Made by a program: the position numbers and the translations under genes. Positions 17,263 through 32,135 of a stretch of 64,000 bases of DNA are shown here, piece by piece. Source of the DNA: Dictyostelium discoideum (lineage: Eukaryota); NCBI GenBank assembly GCA_000004695.1, contig CM000153.2, positions 768,001 through 832,000 on the forward strand, given 5' to 3'. Position 1 is the first letter of the stretch, and the number at the start of each line of letters is the position of its first letter. The notes below the pieces were generated by a model. That model searched no databases. It was not told the DNA's origin and saw only the letters and a list, made by a program, of their open reading frames with translations.

Positions 17263-18854
17263 ATGATTATCAATAAACTTTGTATCATTTTTATTTTTTT
17301 AACAGCTTTAATATTCCAGGCGCATTCTTTAAGTGGTAATTATTATTATTATTTTTATTATTATTATTATTATTATTATTTTTATTTATATTATTATTTT
17401 TATTAACATATATTTTTTATTTTTTATATAGATATAGATTGTGAAGCTTTAGATGAAAATTCATGTAAGGGTAATAATGAATGTCTTTATTTACCATTTG
17501 TTGGATGTTGCGGCGAGAGTAAATTCTATTGCGTAAAGAATCAAGGAAACTGTTTTGACAATCGTTTATCTTGTGGTAGAAATATAAATACTGGTAAAAT
17601 TTTCGAATTTTGGTCAGTATGTAAACCACAAAAGGATTTCAAAGATTTTTCACCATCCAATCAAACATGTGACTCTTTAAAATGTGAAGAAAAAGGTTTC
17701 ACTTGTAAATGGATTGAACCAAATTGTTACGGTACATCATGTTGTACTCGTGAACCAAAATGTTTTGATCAAGATGATAACATAGTAGATCCACAAAAAC
17801 AACAAAAACAACAACAATGTGCATGTCAACCAAATAATGGTAATGGTAATAATGGTAACAATGGTAACAATGGTAACAATGGTAACAATGGTAATAATGG
17901 TAACAATGGTAACAATGGTAACAATGGTAACAATGGTAACAATGGTAATAATGGTAATAATGGTAATAATGGTAACAATGGTAATAATGGTAACAATGGT
18001 AATAATGGTAACAATGGTAATAATGGTAACAATGGTAATAATGGTAGCAATGGTAATAATGGTAACAATGGTAACAATAATAACCAATGTAAGTGTTTTT
18101 ATTAAATTATAATATTTTAAAATTAGAAAATTATAATTAATAATTATTAAATTTTTTTTTTTTAAAAAGTTGATTGTGAAAATGTTGAAAATCAAGATCA
18201 ATGTCAATCAAATTATCCAAAATGTAAATGGTTATCATATCCAGGATGTTGTGGTGACCAAATTTCAAGATGTGTAAATGATCCAAATAATAATTGCTAT
18301 GATAATCAACTCTCATGTGCAACTCATGTTGAAACCAATAAAATATATGAAATCTGGAGTACTTGTAAACCACAAAAAGGATTCAAGCAATATTTCCCAT
18401 CAAATGGTAAGTAAAAGAATTTCATTATTCTTTAAATACCCAAATTAAAATTAATTTTTTTTTTTCTTCTAATAGTTACATCTTGTTCACAACTTGATTG
18501 TGAAAGTAAAGGTATGGATTGTGCATGGTCAACAGATAATAAATGTTTGAGCACCCATTGCTGTCAAAATACACCAAAGTGTGTTCCAAAGAATGATAAT
18601 AATGGAAACGGAAATAATGTTAATAATAATAATAATAATAATGGAAATAATAATAATAACAATAACGGTAATGGTAACAATAATAATGGTAATAATAACA
18701 ATAATGGTAATGGTAATAACAATGGTAATAATGGTAATAATGGAAATAATAATAATAATAATAATAACCATGGTGGTAATGGAAATAATGGTAACGGTAA
18801 GTTTTTCTAAAAATTTATTAAAAAAGGGGTAGTGTATATCTTTTATTAATAGTT

Positions 18855-18885
<31 letters not shown>

Positions 18886-21800
18886 TATCTATTTTAATAG
18901 TTGATTGTGAAAATGTTACAAATCAAGATCAATGTCAATCAAATTATCCAAAATGTAAATGGTTAACATATCCAGGATGTTGTGGTGACCAAATTTCAAG
19001 ATGTGTAAATGATCCAAATAATAATTGCTATGATAATCAACTCTCATGTGCAACTCATGTTGAAACCAATAAAATATATGAAATCTGGAGTACTTGTAAA
19101 CCACAAAAAGGATTCAAACAATATTTCCCACCAAACAGTAAGTAATAAATTATATTAACCCTTTTAAATAATTTTGTTAATGATTTTATAAATAATATTT
19201 AATTTTTTATTATAGTGACTTCATGTTCTCAACTTGATTGTGAAAGTAAAGGTATGGATTGCAAATTATCCCAAGATGATGGTTGTTTAAATACTCATTG
19301 TTGTCAAAAAACATTGAGATGTGTGCCAAAGAATAACGGTAATGGTAACAATGGTAATAATGGTAATGGTAACAATGGTAATAACGGTAATACTGGTAAT
19401 AATGGTAATAACGGTAGCAATGGTAATAATGGTCAATCAACTGGTGGAATGGTTACAACTAGTGGAATGGCTACAACTGGCGGAATGGCTACAAATGGTG
19501 GATCTTCAGTATCATCAAGTGGTAATAATGGTAATAATGGTAACAATGGTAATGGAAATAATGGTAATAACAACAATAACCAAAGTAAGTATTTAATTGT
19601 TGATAGTCAATAATTTAAATTAATTTAAATGTTTTAAAAATAATAATAATAAAAATAAAAAATCTATTTTAGTAGTTGATTGTGAAAATGTTACAAATCA
19701 AGATCATTGTCAATTAAATTATCCAAAATGTAAATGGTTAACATATCCAGGATGTTGTGGTGACCAAATTTCAAGATGTGTAAATGATCCAAATAATAAT
19801 TGTTATGATAATCAACTCTCATGTGCAACTCATGTTGAAACCAATAAAATATATGAAATCTGGAGTACTTGTAAACCACAAAAAGGATTCAAGCAATATT
19901 TCCCACCAAACAGTAAGTAAAAAAATTATATTAACCATCTTAAATAATATTGTTAATGATTTTATTAATAATATTTAATTTTATTATAGTTACATCATGT
20001 TCTCAACTTGATTGTGAAAGTAAAGGTATGGATTGCAAATTATCCCAAGATGATGGTTGTTTAAATACTCATTGTTGTCAAAAAACATTGAGATGTGTGC
20101 CAAAGAATAACGGTAATGGTAATAATGGCAATGGTAATACTGGTAATAATGGTAATACTGGTAATAATGGTAATACTGGTAATAATGGTAATACTGGTAA
20201 TACTGGTAATAATGGTAATACTGGTAATAATGGTAATACTGGTAATAACGGTAATACTGGTAATACTGGTAATACTGGTAATGGTAATAATGGTAATACA
20301 GGCAACAATGGTAATACTGGTAATGGTAATACCGGTAATACTGGCAACAATGGAAATGGAGGAAGCACAAGTTCGCCAGAACCAGCATTAGCAACAATTA
20401 CAATTGCAACAGGTGGCAATAACCATCAATCTACAGGTGGAACAGGTACAATAGGTGGATCTGCTTCAACATCAACATCATCAGGCGGTAATACCGGACA
20501 TAATGGTAATACTGGTAATAATGGTAATACAGGCAATAATGGAAACGGAGGCAGCACAAGTTCACCAGAACCAGCATTGGCAACAATTACAATTGCAACT
20601 GGCGGTAATAACCATCAATCTACAAGTGGAGCAGGTACAACTGGTGGATCTGCTTCAACATCAACCTCATCAGGCGGTAATAATGGTAATAATGGAAATG
20701 GAGGCAGCACAAGCTCACCAACCCCAGCATTAGCAACAATTACAATTGCAACTAGCGGTAATAACCATCAATCTACAGGTGGGGCTGGTACAACTGGTGG
20801 ATCTGCTTCTACATCAACAGCATCAAGTGGTAATGGTAATAATGGAAATGGAAACAATGGTAGCACCGGACATAATGGTACTAATGGAAACGGAGGCAGC
20901 ACAAGTTCACCTACCCCAGCATTAGCAACAATCACAATCGCAACTAGTGGTAATAACCATCAATCTACAGGTGGAACAGGTACAACTGGTGGATCTGCTT
21001 CAACATCAACATCAAGTGGTAATACCGGAAATGGAAACAATGGTAATAATGGTAATACTGGCAATAATGGTAATAATGGAAATGGAGGCAGCACAAGTTC
21101 ACCAGAACCAGCATTAGCAACAATTACAATTGCAACTAGTGGTAATAACCATCAATCTACAGGTGGAACAGGTACAACAGGTGGATCAGCTTCAACATCA
21201 ACATCAAATGGTAATAATGGAAATGGAAACAATGGTAATACCGGTAATAATGGTAATACCAGTAATAATGGTAATACCGGTAATAATGGAAATGGAGGTA
21301 GCACAAGTTCACCAGAGCCAGCATTAGCAACAATTACAATTGCAACTAGTGGTAATAACCATCAATCTACAGGTGGAACAGGTACAACTGGTGGATCTGC
21401 TTCAATATCCTCTTCATCTTCAGGTTCCTCATCTTCAGGTTCTTCAACTTCAGGTTCTTCATCTTCAGGTTCTTCAACTTCAGGTTCTTCAACTTCAGGT
21501 TCTTCAACTTCAGGTTCTTCAACTTCAGGTTCTTCCTCATCAAATAATGGTGGAAGTGGTACTGGAGATAATGAACCAAAATTTGCCTCAATTACAATTT
21601 TAACTAGTGGACATCATACTAGTGGGTCAAGTACAACTGGTGGATCAGCCACATCTTCAACAACCACATCTTCAACATCACATAGTAATACTGGATCAGT
21701 ACATGGAAATAAACGTAGTGCATATGGTGCAGGTTGGGGATCAGGTCCAAACTTTTCAGCAACCAATGTAGATAACGTTATGGAAATGCAAAATGGTGGA

Positions 21801-22130
21801 AATGAAGTAAATGAAAACAATGAATACTTTGAAGCACAAAATGGACAAACCAATGAAAACAATCAAAATTATAATCAAAACAATGAGAATTACAACACAA
21901 ACAGAGATTGGTTATCACAACAACAAGGTTATTGGTATACTAGATCCTCACCAGACGGTTCATTAGAAATTCATATTCCAGAAAACTATAATGACTATGA
22001 AAGACAAATATTTGACCAATCTGGTAGTATAGGTCGTTCTCGTGAGAATTCTTATGATGATACCCCTAAAAATCCATATAGTGGTCCATATGGTGATAAC
22101 TCTTCTCAATCTAAAGCAACCACAAATTAA
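17263..22130 (+). CDS. Secreted cysteine-rich modular glycoprotein (dictyostelid-specific extracellular family). Eight exons: 17263..17335, 17432..18088, 18170..18406, 18476..18796, 18901..19137, 19216..19584, 19676..19912, 19990..22130.
   Basis: Signal peptide 'MIINKLCIIFIFLTALIFQAHS'. Every intron is GTAAGT/GTAAT...TAG with matching phases (all phase 1). N-terminal domain 'CLYLPFVGCCGESKFYC...CKWIEPNCYGTSCCTREPKC'. Then alternating modules A ('VDCENVxNQDQCQSNYPKCKWLxYPGCCGDQISRCVNDPNNNCYDNQLSCATHVETNKIYEIWSTCKPQKGFKQYFP', 237 nt, 3 copies) and B ('TSCSQLDCESKGMDCxxxxDxCLxTHCCQxTxxCVPKN' plus GN-rich linker, 3 copies). Final exon carries about 7 tandem ~63-aa repeats 'GGSTSSPEPALATITIATSGNNHQSTGGTGTTGGSASTSTSS', a (SSGSSTSGSS)n block and an N/Q/Y-rich C-terminus. 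The A3 acceptor could be 19673 or 19676. Confidence 0.8.
20353..21420 (+). repeat. Tandem ~189-nt (63-aa) coding repeats, about 6-7 copies, followed at 21403..21545 by a 15-nt (SSGSS) serine repeat, inside the final exon
   Basis: Recurring 'ggaggcagcacaagttcaccagaaccagcattagcaacaattacaattgcaact...' at about 20359, 20548, 20701, 20893, 21084 and 21294. Confidence 0.85.
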
Positions 22131-22763
22131 TTAAATTAATCTATTCTCTCTGCATTTTCCTAATTTAATATTTTAATCTATTATTTTATTATTTTAATAA
22201 TTAATATTTATTTTTATATTTATATATACAAAAAACAATAATAAATATTTATTTTTTCATTTATTTAAATTAAAATTTTTTATTTTTATTTTTATTTTTA
22301 TTTATTTTTTCCTTTATATTATTTATTTCGATGAAGAAATAAAGAGGTTGACTTGAAAAAAAAAAAAAAAAAATTGATCAGATTTTTTTGATAATCAACT
22401 GAATATTATAAAAGTTGCCATTTTATAATACATTTCTTCATTTTATTAATAAAATCATACTTTTAATATGAAATTACATCTAAACTCTTTTTTTATATTG
22501 GAAAAAAAAAAGTTCTGATGAAATAATAAATGGAAAATGTCTTTAAATGGTTTTATAAATTCTTTTAGTCATAAGTATCTGTATATTTTTAATCATCATT
22601 TCAATTTTAATTTTTTTTTCTTTATAACCAATAAATAAATATAAAGATATAAAAAAAAAAATTAAAAAAAAGTGAAGATTTGTTAAAACAGGAAATTTAA
22701 TTTTTATTTACCTTTTTATTTTAAAAAATTAAGATAGAAGAAACCACATCAATTTAAATGAGT

Positions 22764-22841
<78 letters not shown>

Positions 22842-23055
22842 CAAGCGAGCAACTCAATTTTTTTTTTTTAAAATTTATTTTTAATTTACCCACTGTCACT
22901 TCATTTTTTATTTGTATTTTTAATAATAATAATAATAATATAAATATATAAAAACATATATTTTTAAACCAATAATAGTTATAATAATAACAACAACAAT
23001 AACAATAAACAATAGACAATAATAATAAAAAAAAAATAATAAATAAAAATAATAA

Positions 23056-23911
<856 letters not shown>

Positions 23912-24073
23912 AATAAAAATAAATAAACAAAAAAAAATTTATAAATCAATATATTTTTACAAAGTGTTTAATTACTTTTTTTATTTATTTATTTTATTAA
24001 GTAAATATTTTAAATCGATATATTGGCAGAGTATTATTTATTTATTTATTTGTTTGTTTGTTATTGTTATTTA

Positions 24074-24605
24074 TTATCTTTTCTCTTTTTTATGTGAAGA
24101 TCTACCTCTGTCTCTATCATCTCTTCTATCACCTCTATCACTACCACGATCTCTATCTCTGCTATCTCTGCTATCTCTACCACTACCACCTCCACTACTA
24201 CTACCACCACTACCACCTCCACTACCACTACCACTTCCACTACCAGTACCATAACGATCTTCATCATCTAAATTATCAATATAAGATCGTCTTTTCTTTG
24301 AAGATGATTGATCATTTGATGGTTTCTTTGGTGAAAGAACTAATTCACCCTCTTCATTGCCATCCTCTTCTTCATCTAGTGCATTTTGAACTAAAAATTC
24401 AATATAGTCTTTAAATATTCTTAAACGTTCTTGGTCATCACCTAAATCTATATACTCTTTCTTTGATTCAATAATTGGTTGAATATCTGACCATTGTGAT
24501 GATTTATTTATTACTTTAGTTTCTGTTAATAATATTTTAAATTGTGAAATTCTTTTCTTCTTTTTCTTTGCTAAATTCTTTTCTCTACTTTCTTCTTTAT
24601 ATTTT

Positions 24606-24645
<40 letters not shown>

Positions 24646-25787
24646 AATATAAACATATTATTATTATTTATTTATTAATAATTATTATAATATACATACA
24701 TATTCTAAATATGGTAAGAAATTAAATTCTTGAATTAAATTATAATTTGAATGTTTTGAAAATTCAGATTTTAAAGATTCTAAAGTTGTAGATTCAGGTG
24801 AATATTTAAAATTTGTTTCTTTTAATATCTCTTTTAATTTTTTATAATCATTTTCATATTTTATCTCTAATTCATCCTTAAAATCTGAAAATAATTCTAA
24901 AGGTGTTGAACCAATTGATTTTTGACTTAAATTAATAAATGATTGATGATTTTCATTATTTAATTTAAATATTTTCCATTTTGTTAATGCATGTAATTCA
25001 CCATTTTTAAATTTTTCATTTAATAATTCCTAAAATAAAAATAATGAAAAAAAAAAAAAAAAAAAAATATTATATTAATATTATTATAAAAAAAAAAAAA
25101 AAATAAAAAAATAAAAAAATATATTTTTACTCTAAAATTATCTCTATCTTTTCTTGAATCTTTTTTTAATTTTTCTTTTTCTAATCTTTTTTGATCATCT
25201 AATTTCTTTTCTAAATCACGTATGAAATTTTCAAATACTGTTAAGAAATCGAATTTATCAAGTACTTGAAAGACATCATCATTTTCGAATTGATCTCTAA
25301 CTTTACGCCATTGAGTGAAAACGGTTATCGAAGGATCCAATTCTAATTTTTGACGTAAAATTTTCATTTGTTCTTTTTTAATTGACATTAATTGATTCTT
25401 TTCTTGTTGTTCCAATTCTTGAATATGGTCATGTAATAATGATTCACGTTCACGTTCACTCTCTATTGCTTCCCAACGTGGTTCCGATTCGAAATAGAGT
25501 GATGCTCTTCTCCATGACATTAGTGGTGTTACCTCTTTACTGTCACGTAATAGTTGAATGAAATCCTCTTTGGCTTTCTTTTCTTTCTTTCTCTTTTCTT
25601 CTTGTTCAACTTTTTTTCTATCAACTTGGTAATCTAAAAATACTTGTTTTCGTTCACTCATTGTCTTTAAAACTTGATATCTCTCATCATTTGCAATTGA
25701 TTTAAGTGCTTTCTCAAATGTACATATTGAACTAATTGAATTATCTGTTAATAAATTTTTAAATGTTTGAATTGGATCTTCTTTATT

Positions 25788-25825
<38 letters not shown>

Positions 25826-26312
25826 GCTGCTGCTGCTGTTGTGTATCTAAATTATTTGTATTTATATTAGAATCTTTAGATTCTTTTAAATCTTTATTAT
25901 TATTATTATTATTACTATTATTATTGCTATTTACTTGTTGTGGTTGTTGTGGTGTTGCTGAGGTTGTAATTGGTTGTATTGGAGTTGTAATTGTTGTTGA
26001 ACCACTAGATGATAGTTGTGGTGATGATGTTGATGTTGATGTTGTTGTTGAAGCTAATTTTTGTTGAAATTCAGGTGGTGCATCCCATTGTCTTACACCT
26101 GAGATTGTATTATAATAATATTTTTGACCTTTATCTGTTTTATATTCTTTCCAATCACCAATGATAACTGGTTGATTATTTGAATTTGAATCATTAGATG
26201 ATGGTGCTGGTGATTTTAAATCTTCTGGTATTTCCCAAACACTGACTCTTGTAACTTTATGATAATAAAACTTTTTACCATCTGCAATCGCTTCTACCCA
26301 ATCACTTGACAT
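24074..26312 (-). CDS. PRP40-like pre-mRNA processing factor (two WW domains plus FF domains, RS/RD-rich tail). Three exons: 26312..25131, 25029..24700, 24607..24074.
   Basis: WW domains 'DWVEAIADGKKFYYHKVTRVSVWEIP' and 'DWKEYKTDKGQKYYYNTISGVRQWDAP'. FF-domain-like helical segments. C-terminal 'GSGSGSGGGSGGSSSGGGSGRDSRDSRDRDRGSDRGDRRDDRDRGRSSHKKEKR*'. Introns GTAAAA..TAG (101 nt) and GTATGT..AAG (92 nt), all phase 0. Confidence 0.75.
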
Positions 26313-26344
26313 TTTTTAAATTATATGTTGAATTATTATTATTA

Positions 26345-26402
<58 letters not shown>

Positions 26403-26802
26403 TTGAAAAATAAAATAATAAAAATATCAACAACAACACCCTATTATTTATTTATTTATTTATTTTTTTTTGCTTATTAAAATAATAAAAAAAAAAAAAT
26501 GAAAAAATTTAATTTACTCCCTTTTTTTTGAAAATTTCGAAAAATATAAAAAAAAAAAAAAAATAAAATAAAATTAAAAATAACGTTTTTTTTTTTTTTT
26601 TTTTTTTTTCATTTTATTTTTTAAAAAAAACAAACACTCTTTCATAGCCATACACACATATACACTAAATATTTCACACTTTTTTTTTTTTTTTTTTTGT
26701 TTAATTTTATTTATGAATATTAAATTCTAGTTGTACACACATATACACACACTCAACTAGTTGTTTGACATTTTTTTTTTTTTTTTTTTTTTCTCTTAAA
26801 AA

Positions 26803-27906
26803 ATGTCAACCAAAACAAAAAGTGAACCAAACGAATCTCAGCCAACGAAAACAACAGAGATTACACCAACAAATACAACTACTACAGCAACAACTAAAGC
26901 AAGTAGATTAAAAGCATCAAAAGCAGCTGCTGCCGCCGCCGCAGCAGCAGCAGCAGCGGCAGCATCATTGGTATCTTCACCAACAAATACAACAAGTACA
27001 CCAACTCCAACACCAACACCATCACCAACACCATCACCATCACTAACACCAACACCATCACCATCACCAACTCTACCTATTAACAACAACAACAACAACA
27101 ACAATATCAATACACTTAATAAACCACATATACCCTATTCAAATAATTTTAATAGTTATCATAATGGTAATACGGCATATAATAATCCAAGTTTAAATAG
27201 TAATACTACTAGTTTCCCACCACACCCTAATTACCCCTCACCATATTATTACCCTAATCACCCACCACATCCTACTTATCACCATCCTGCGACATCATCA
27301 ACATCAACATCAAACCTAAGTCATAGTAATTCATATAACATAAATCCACCAACGAAAAGACCATATGATAGTATAAATTATACATATTCCAGTAACACAG
27401 CCAATAGTGCGTATGGACATCACCCGCCACCACCACCACCATCATCTTCTTCTTCATCTTCATCATCTTCTTCATCTTCATCCTCATCATCATCTTCTTC
27501 AATGATTAGCGACCCAATAAATGATCATGAAAAAAAGAAAATAAAAAAAATGAAATCGGGACCATTGTTAATAGCAGAAGAGGATTTTATAGCAAATGCG
27601 TTTAGGAATGTTCCAGATAAAGCATTAACACCAGAATTGAGAAGAATAAAGAGGAAATTTATAGTTAGGAAGCAACAAAGATTTTGTGCCATTGATAATT
27701 TTAATATCGATGATAAAGTTTATCAAGGTTTTAGTAAAATAAAGAAAAAAGAACAAAAATTAAATTTATACTATGAAAGAGAAGAAATACCAAGTTTTCA
27801 ACCTAAAACTTTACAACAACAATTATCAGTATTACCAAGTTCTACAACTAGTGCAGTTGCAGCTACAATATCAAATATTAATAATACTTTAAATACCACT
27901 ACTACC

Positions 27907-28005
<99 letters not shown>

Positions 28006-29389
28006 AACAACACTACTACTACAACAACTACAACCACTACTACACCACCACCTATTGTAAATAACACAAACACAAATGCAAATATAAATAATAATAATAA
28101 TAATAATATATCATCAGGAGGAGGAGGAGGGAGGCAAACAGCCCCGATCAACTCAACCAATCAAATAGTTAATACGGTAACATGTACAGTTAAACCACCA
28201 ATTATTCCAACCACAAAAACTATTGATCCACCAAGTTTAATGTCACCATTAATTGCTGCAACATTAGAGCAAGAACGATTAGATGCAGAAAATTTAGAAA
28301 AAGAAAGAAAAAAAAAAGAAAAATTTGAAAAAGAGAGATTAGAAAAAGAGAAATTAGAAAAAGAAAGATTAGAAAAAGAGAAATTAGAAAAAGAAAAGGA
28401 AAGATTATTATTATTAGAGAAAGAAAAAGAAAAAGAAAAAGAACGTTTAGAAAAAGAGAGACAAAGACAAGAAAGAAGAGAAAGAAAAGAAAAAGAACGT
28501 TTAGAAAAAGAGATATTAGAAAGGCAACAACAATTAGAAAATGAAAGATTAGAAAGAGAGAGGCAACAACAACAACAACAACAAATAGAAAATGAACGTT
28601 TAGAGAAATTAGAAAATCAAAGATTAGAGAATGAACGTTTAGAGAAATTAGAAAAGGAAAGATTAGAAAGAGAACGTTTAGAAAAGGAAAGAATTGAAAA
28701 AGAGAGACAAGAACGTCTAGAAAAGGAGAGATTACATAGAGAATCTAAAGAAAAAGAGAGAAGGGAAAAAATTAAACAAGAGAAAATTAGAACTGAGAAA
28801 ATTAAACAAGAGAAATTAAAACAAGAGAATGAAATACTAGAGAAATTAAAATCTGAACCAAATCAACAAACTGCATTATATAAATATTATCATTGGGTAA
28901 AATCATCATCATCATCAAATAATAATAGTAATAATAGTAATCAAAATAATAATAATAATAATAAACCAAAAAGACCATTTCAACCATTAAAAGAATTATT
29001 ATATGGAAGAAGGCAGTTGTTAGATCCTTATGTTAGTCCTCATACTACTAGAGAGTTAAAACCATTCATTCGTAGGGATTATGAATCGTGTCCTCCGAAA
29101 TTACAACAATTACGTGAACTTTATCAATTCTTTAAAATCAATGGTTTAATGCCACCAAAGACTTCACCAACAATTGTATCAATTTATGAATCATCTTCTT
29201 CAACTTCCTCTTCACAAGAAATTTATCCAATTGATTATAAATATTTAACACCAGAATTAGCTGATAGAACAAATCAATTCCTTTGTGATCATTTTTGGCC
29301 TGGTATAAATGGTAAGTACTTTTTAATTATAAATTATAAATTATAATTATAAATTATTTTTTTTTATTTTGGCTAATTGATTTTTTTTT

Positions 29390-29427
<38 letters not shown>

Positions 29428-29775
29428 AATTTAGTTGATGATATTTTAGAATATCCAGATTTTACAGTGGTGGCACTTTATAGGTCAATGATTATTGGGT
29501 GTGGATTGATGAATCCTGATGGTTATATTATGTTTATTTCGGTTCATCCAGAATGGCAAGCATGTGGTATTGCATCATTTATGTTGTATCATTTAACACA
29601 AACTATGATTGGTAAAGATATTACCCTTCATGCTTCCGTTAATAATAGTGCTTTAATTTTGTATCAAAAATTTGGTTTCAAACCTGAAGAATTTATAAAT
29701 AATTTTTACGATAAATATTACAGTGATGATAGTGGTAAATCAAAAAATGCGTATCTCCTTAGATTAAGAAGATAA
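26803..29775 (+). CDS. Low-complexity/coiled-coil protein with a C-terminal GNAT acetyltransferase domain of KAT14/CSRP2BP-like type. Two exons: 26803..29311 and 29435..29775.
   Basis: Long N-terminus with poly-A, (PT/PS)n, poly-S, poly-N and an 'ERLEKERLEKE' charged coiled-coil. Donor GTAAGT at 29312 and acceptor ..tttag at 29434, both phase 1. The C-terminus 'DFTVVALYRSMIIGCGLMNPDGYIMFISVHPEWQACGIASFMLYHLTQTMIGKDITLHASVNNSALILYQKFGFKPEEFINNFYDKYY...NAYLLRLRR*' resembles the GNAT domain and the '...FLRLRR' terminus of KAT14 (recalled, not searched). Confidence 0.6.
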
Positions 29776-32135
29776 GGAAGATATTTTTTTTTTTTTTATA
29801 TATATTTTTTTAAAAAAAAAATCTCCTTTTAATAATAAAAAAATAAAAATAAAAAATAAAAAATAAAAAAAAAAAAAAAAAAATAATAATAAAAAAAAAA
29901 GATAATAATAAAATATCTTTTTGCCCAATTTTATAGTTTTTTTTTTTTCAAAATTAGTATCAAAAAAAAAAAAAATTAATATGGTGAAAATGTATATTGG
30001 GAAATTAAAAAAATAATGTGTAAAATAAAAAAATAAAAAAATAAAAAAATAAAATCATTTTTAAATTATAGTATAATACCATCTTTTAATGGGATTGTTT
30101 AGGTTTTTTTTTTTTTTTTTAAATATTTTATTAATTTGGTGATTTAAAAAAAAAAAAAATTTTATATTAAAGTAAAAGAGTAAAAAAGAAAAACATATAT
30201 TTTCATATATTAATAAAAATAATAATTAATAAAATCAGATTTTAACACATTACCAAATTTATTATAAATTAATTTTTATGGATATATTTTTATAATTAAC
30301 ACCAATCAATTAACAATTTGAATCGGTAATATCTCTCTTAAATCAATTCTCAAAAAAAAAAGAAAAAAGAATAAAAAAAAAAAAAAAAAAAAATCTCTTT
30401 AATGATAAATCAATTTCCTTTTTTTATTAAAATATTCATCTCGGTTATAATCATAAAAAAAAAAAAAAAAAAATTAGTTAAAATTAAAAAATACAAAAAA
30501 AAAAAACAATCAGCAAGTAAAAAAAAAAAAATCTGGAAAAAAAAAAAAAAAAAAGAAATTGGGGCAAAATGAATTAGTGTTAGAAAATTATTAACAAAAT
30601 TATTATTATTGTTTTTACAATATTAATTTTTTTTTTTTTTAATTAGAAGATTCTTTTTATTTTTTTATTAGAGAAACTGGAAAAAACTGAGATTGGAAAA
30701 TAAAATGTTAAAAAAAAGTAATATGTTGCTAGAATCTTCATATCATAGATAATTATCATTGCTAAGTTTGGTAGAACACAATTCCATTTTTTTCAAAATA
30801 GTATAAATTTAATTTACCATCTAATCAAAGATATCCAGAGATTCAGAAATTTCACCCTTTTTTTTATTATTATTATTTTTTGAATTAGTTTCACAATTTT
30901 TGTTTATTTTTTTTTTTTTTTTTTCTTTAACACACGAATAAAATAAAATCTACCGATATTTTTTTACTCAAAATTTAACACTAATTTGCAAAGTAGCACC
31001 ATTCTACACTATTATTTATTTATTTTTTTTAAAAAAAAAAAAAACTGTTGATCTTTATTGTTGAATTCAACTTTATTATAATGTCAGTTTGAAGTTTCTC
31101 CCTTTTGGGGGTTATTTTTTTTTTTTTTTTATAAAAAAAACTTTTTTTTTTAATTTTTTTTTTTTTTTTCACCACGAATTTGTGATGATCATTTTACAAA
31201 AAATTAAAATTTTATATAAAATTTGATGTGGATATGTAGTGTGAAGGCAAAAAATAAAAAAAAAACAGCTTTCAACTCATTTTATTATCAAATTTTTTTA
31301 TTTTGAATATTAATCAATAAAATAGTTTATTTTATTTTTTTTTATTTTTTTTTTTATTTTTTTTTTATTTTTTTTATTCAATATAAATAATCAATTGATT
31401 TTTTTTTATTTTTTTCATTTCTTGTGAATTGTAAATTATTAAAAAAACCACAATCAACAAACACTCAAACAATCAACCCCTTTTAGTTTTTCTTTTTTTT
31501 TTTTTTAATTTTTTAAAATAATTTTTTTTTTTTTTTTTTTTTTTTAATTTTTCTAATCAAAACAATAACTGATATTTAATAAAAAACCATATTAAAAAAA
31601 TTCGACCCAACCAAAACTCTAGTTTTATATAAAATAAACCCACTCTCAATCAAACCACTCTTTTTTTTTAAAAAAAAAAAAAAAATCCTCCTCCAAGTAA
31701 CACTCACCAAATTTGTTTACAATAATTTTTTTTTTAAAATTTACAGTGCCATCCAAGTAGTTGCTACCCCAATCCCCTTTTTTTAAGATTTTATTTTTAT
31801 TATCAATAATTTTTTTTTACAAAATCTCACATTGGAAAGATTTTCTATTAATAGCATTTCATTTTTTTTATATATATCCAAATAATTTTTTGTACAACAT
31901 TGTATTTATTTCTAAACAAAAGCCCCAATAATTCAAAAAAATAAAAAAATAATAATAAAAAAAAAAATTAAAATTAAAATTAAAATTAAAAAAATAATAT
32001 AATCACAAAAAAAAAAAAAAAAAAAAAAAAATATAAATAGCAATCAGAAATTGTTTTTTTTTTTTAAAAAATATTAATTTTATATCAATTCAATTAAATA
32101 AAAATAAATAAAATAAAATATAATAAAAAATTAAA

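Noticed and set aside
18137-19879. Three near-identical minus-strand ORFs (18137..18373, 18916..19104, 19691..19879) 'MVYKYSRFHIFYWFQHELHMRVDY...'
   Set aside because: They are the antisense reading of the thrice-duplicated module-A exon of the plus-strand Cys-rich gene. Repetition reflects exon duplication, not an independent gene family.
24067-24267. Minus-strand ORF 'MMKIVMVLVVEVVVVV...'
   Set aside because: It is a different frame of the RS/SG-rich repeat in the PRP40-like C-terminus. The correct frame gives 'GSGSGSGGGSGG...RDSRDSRDRDRG...'.
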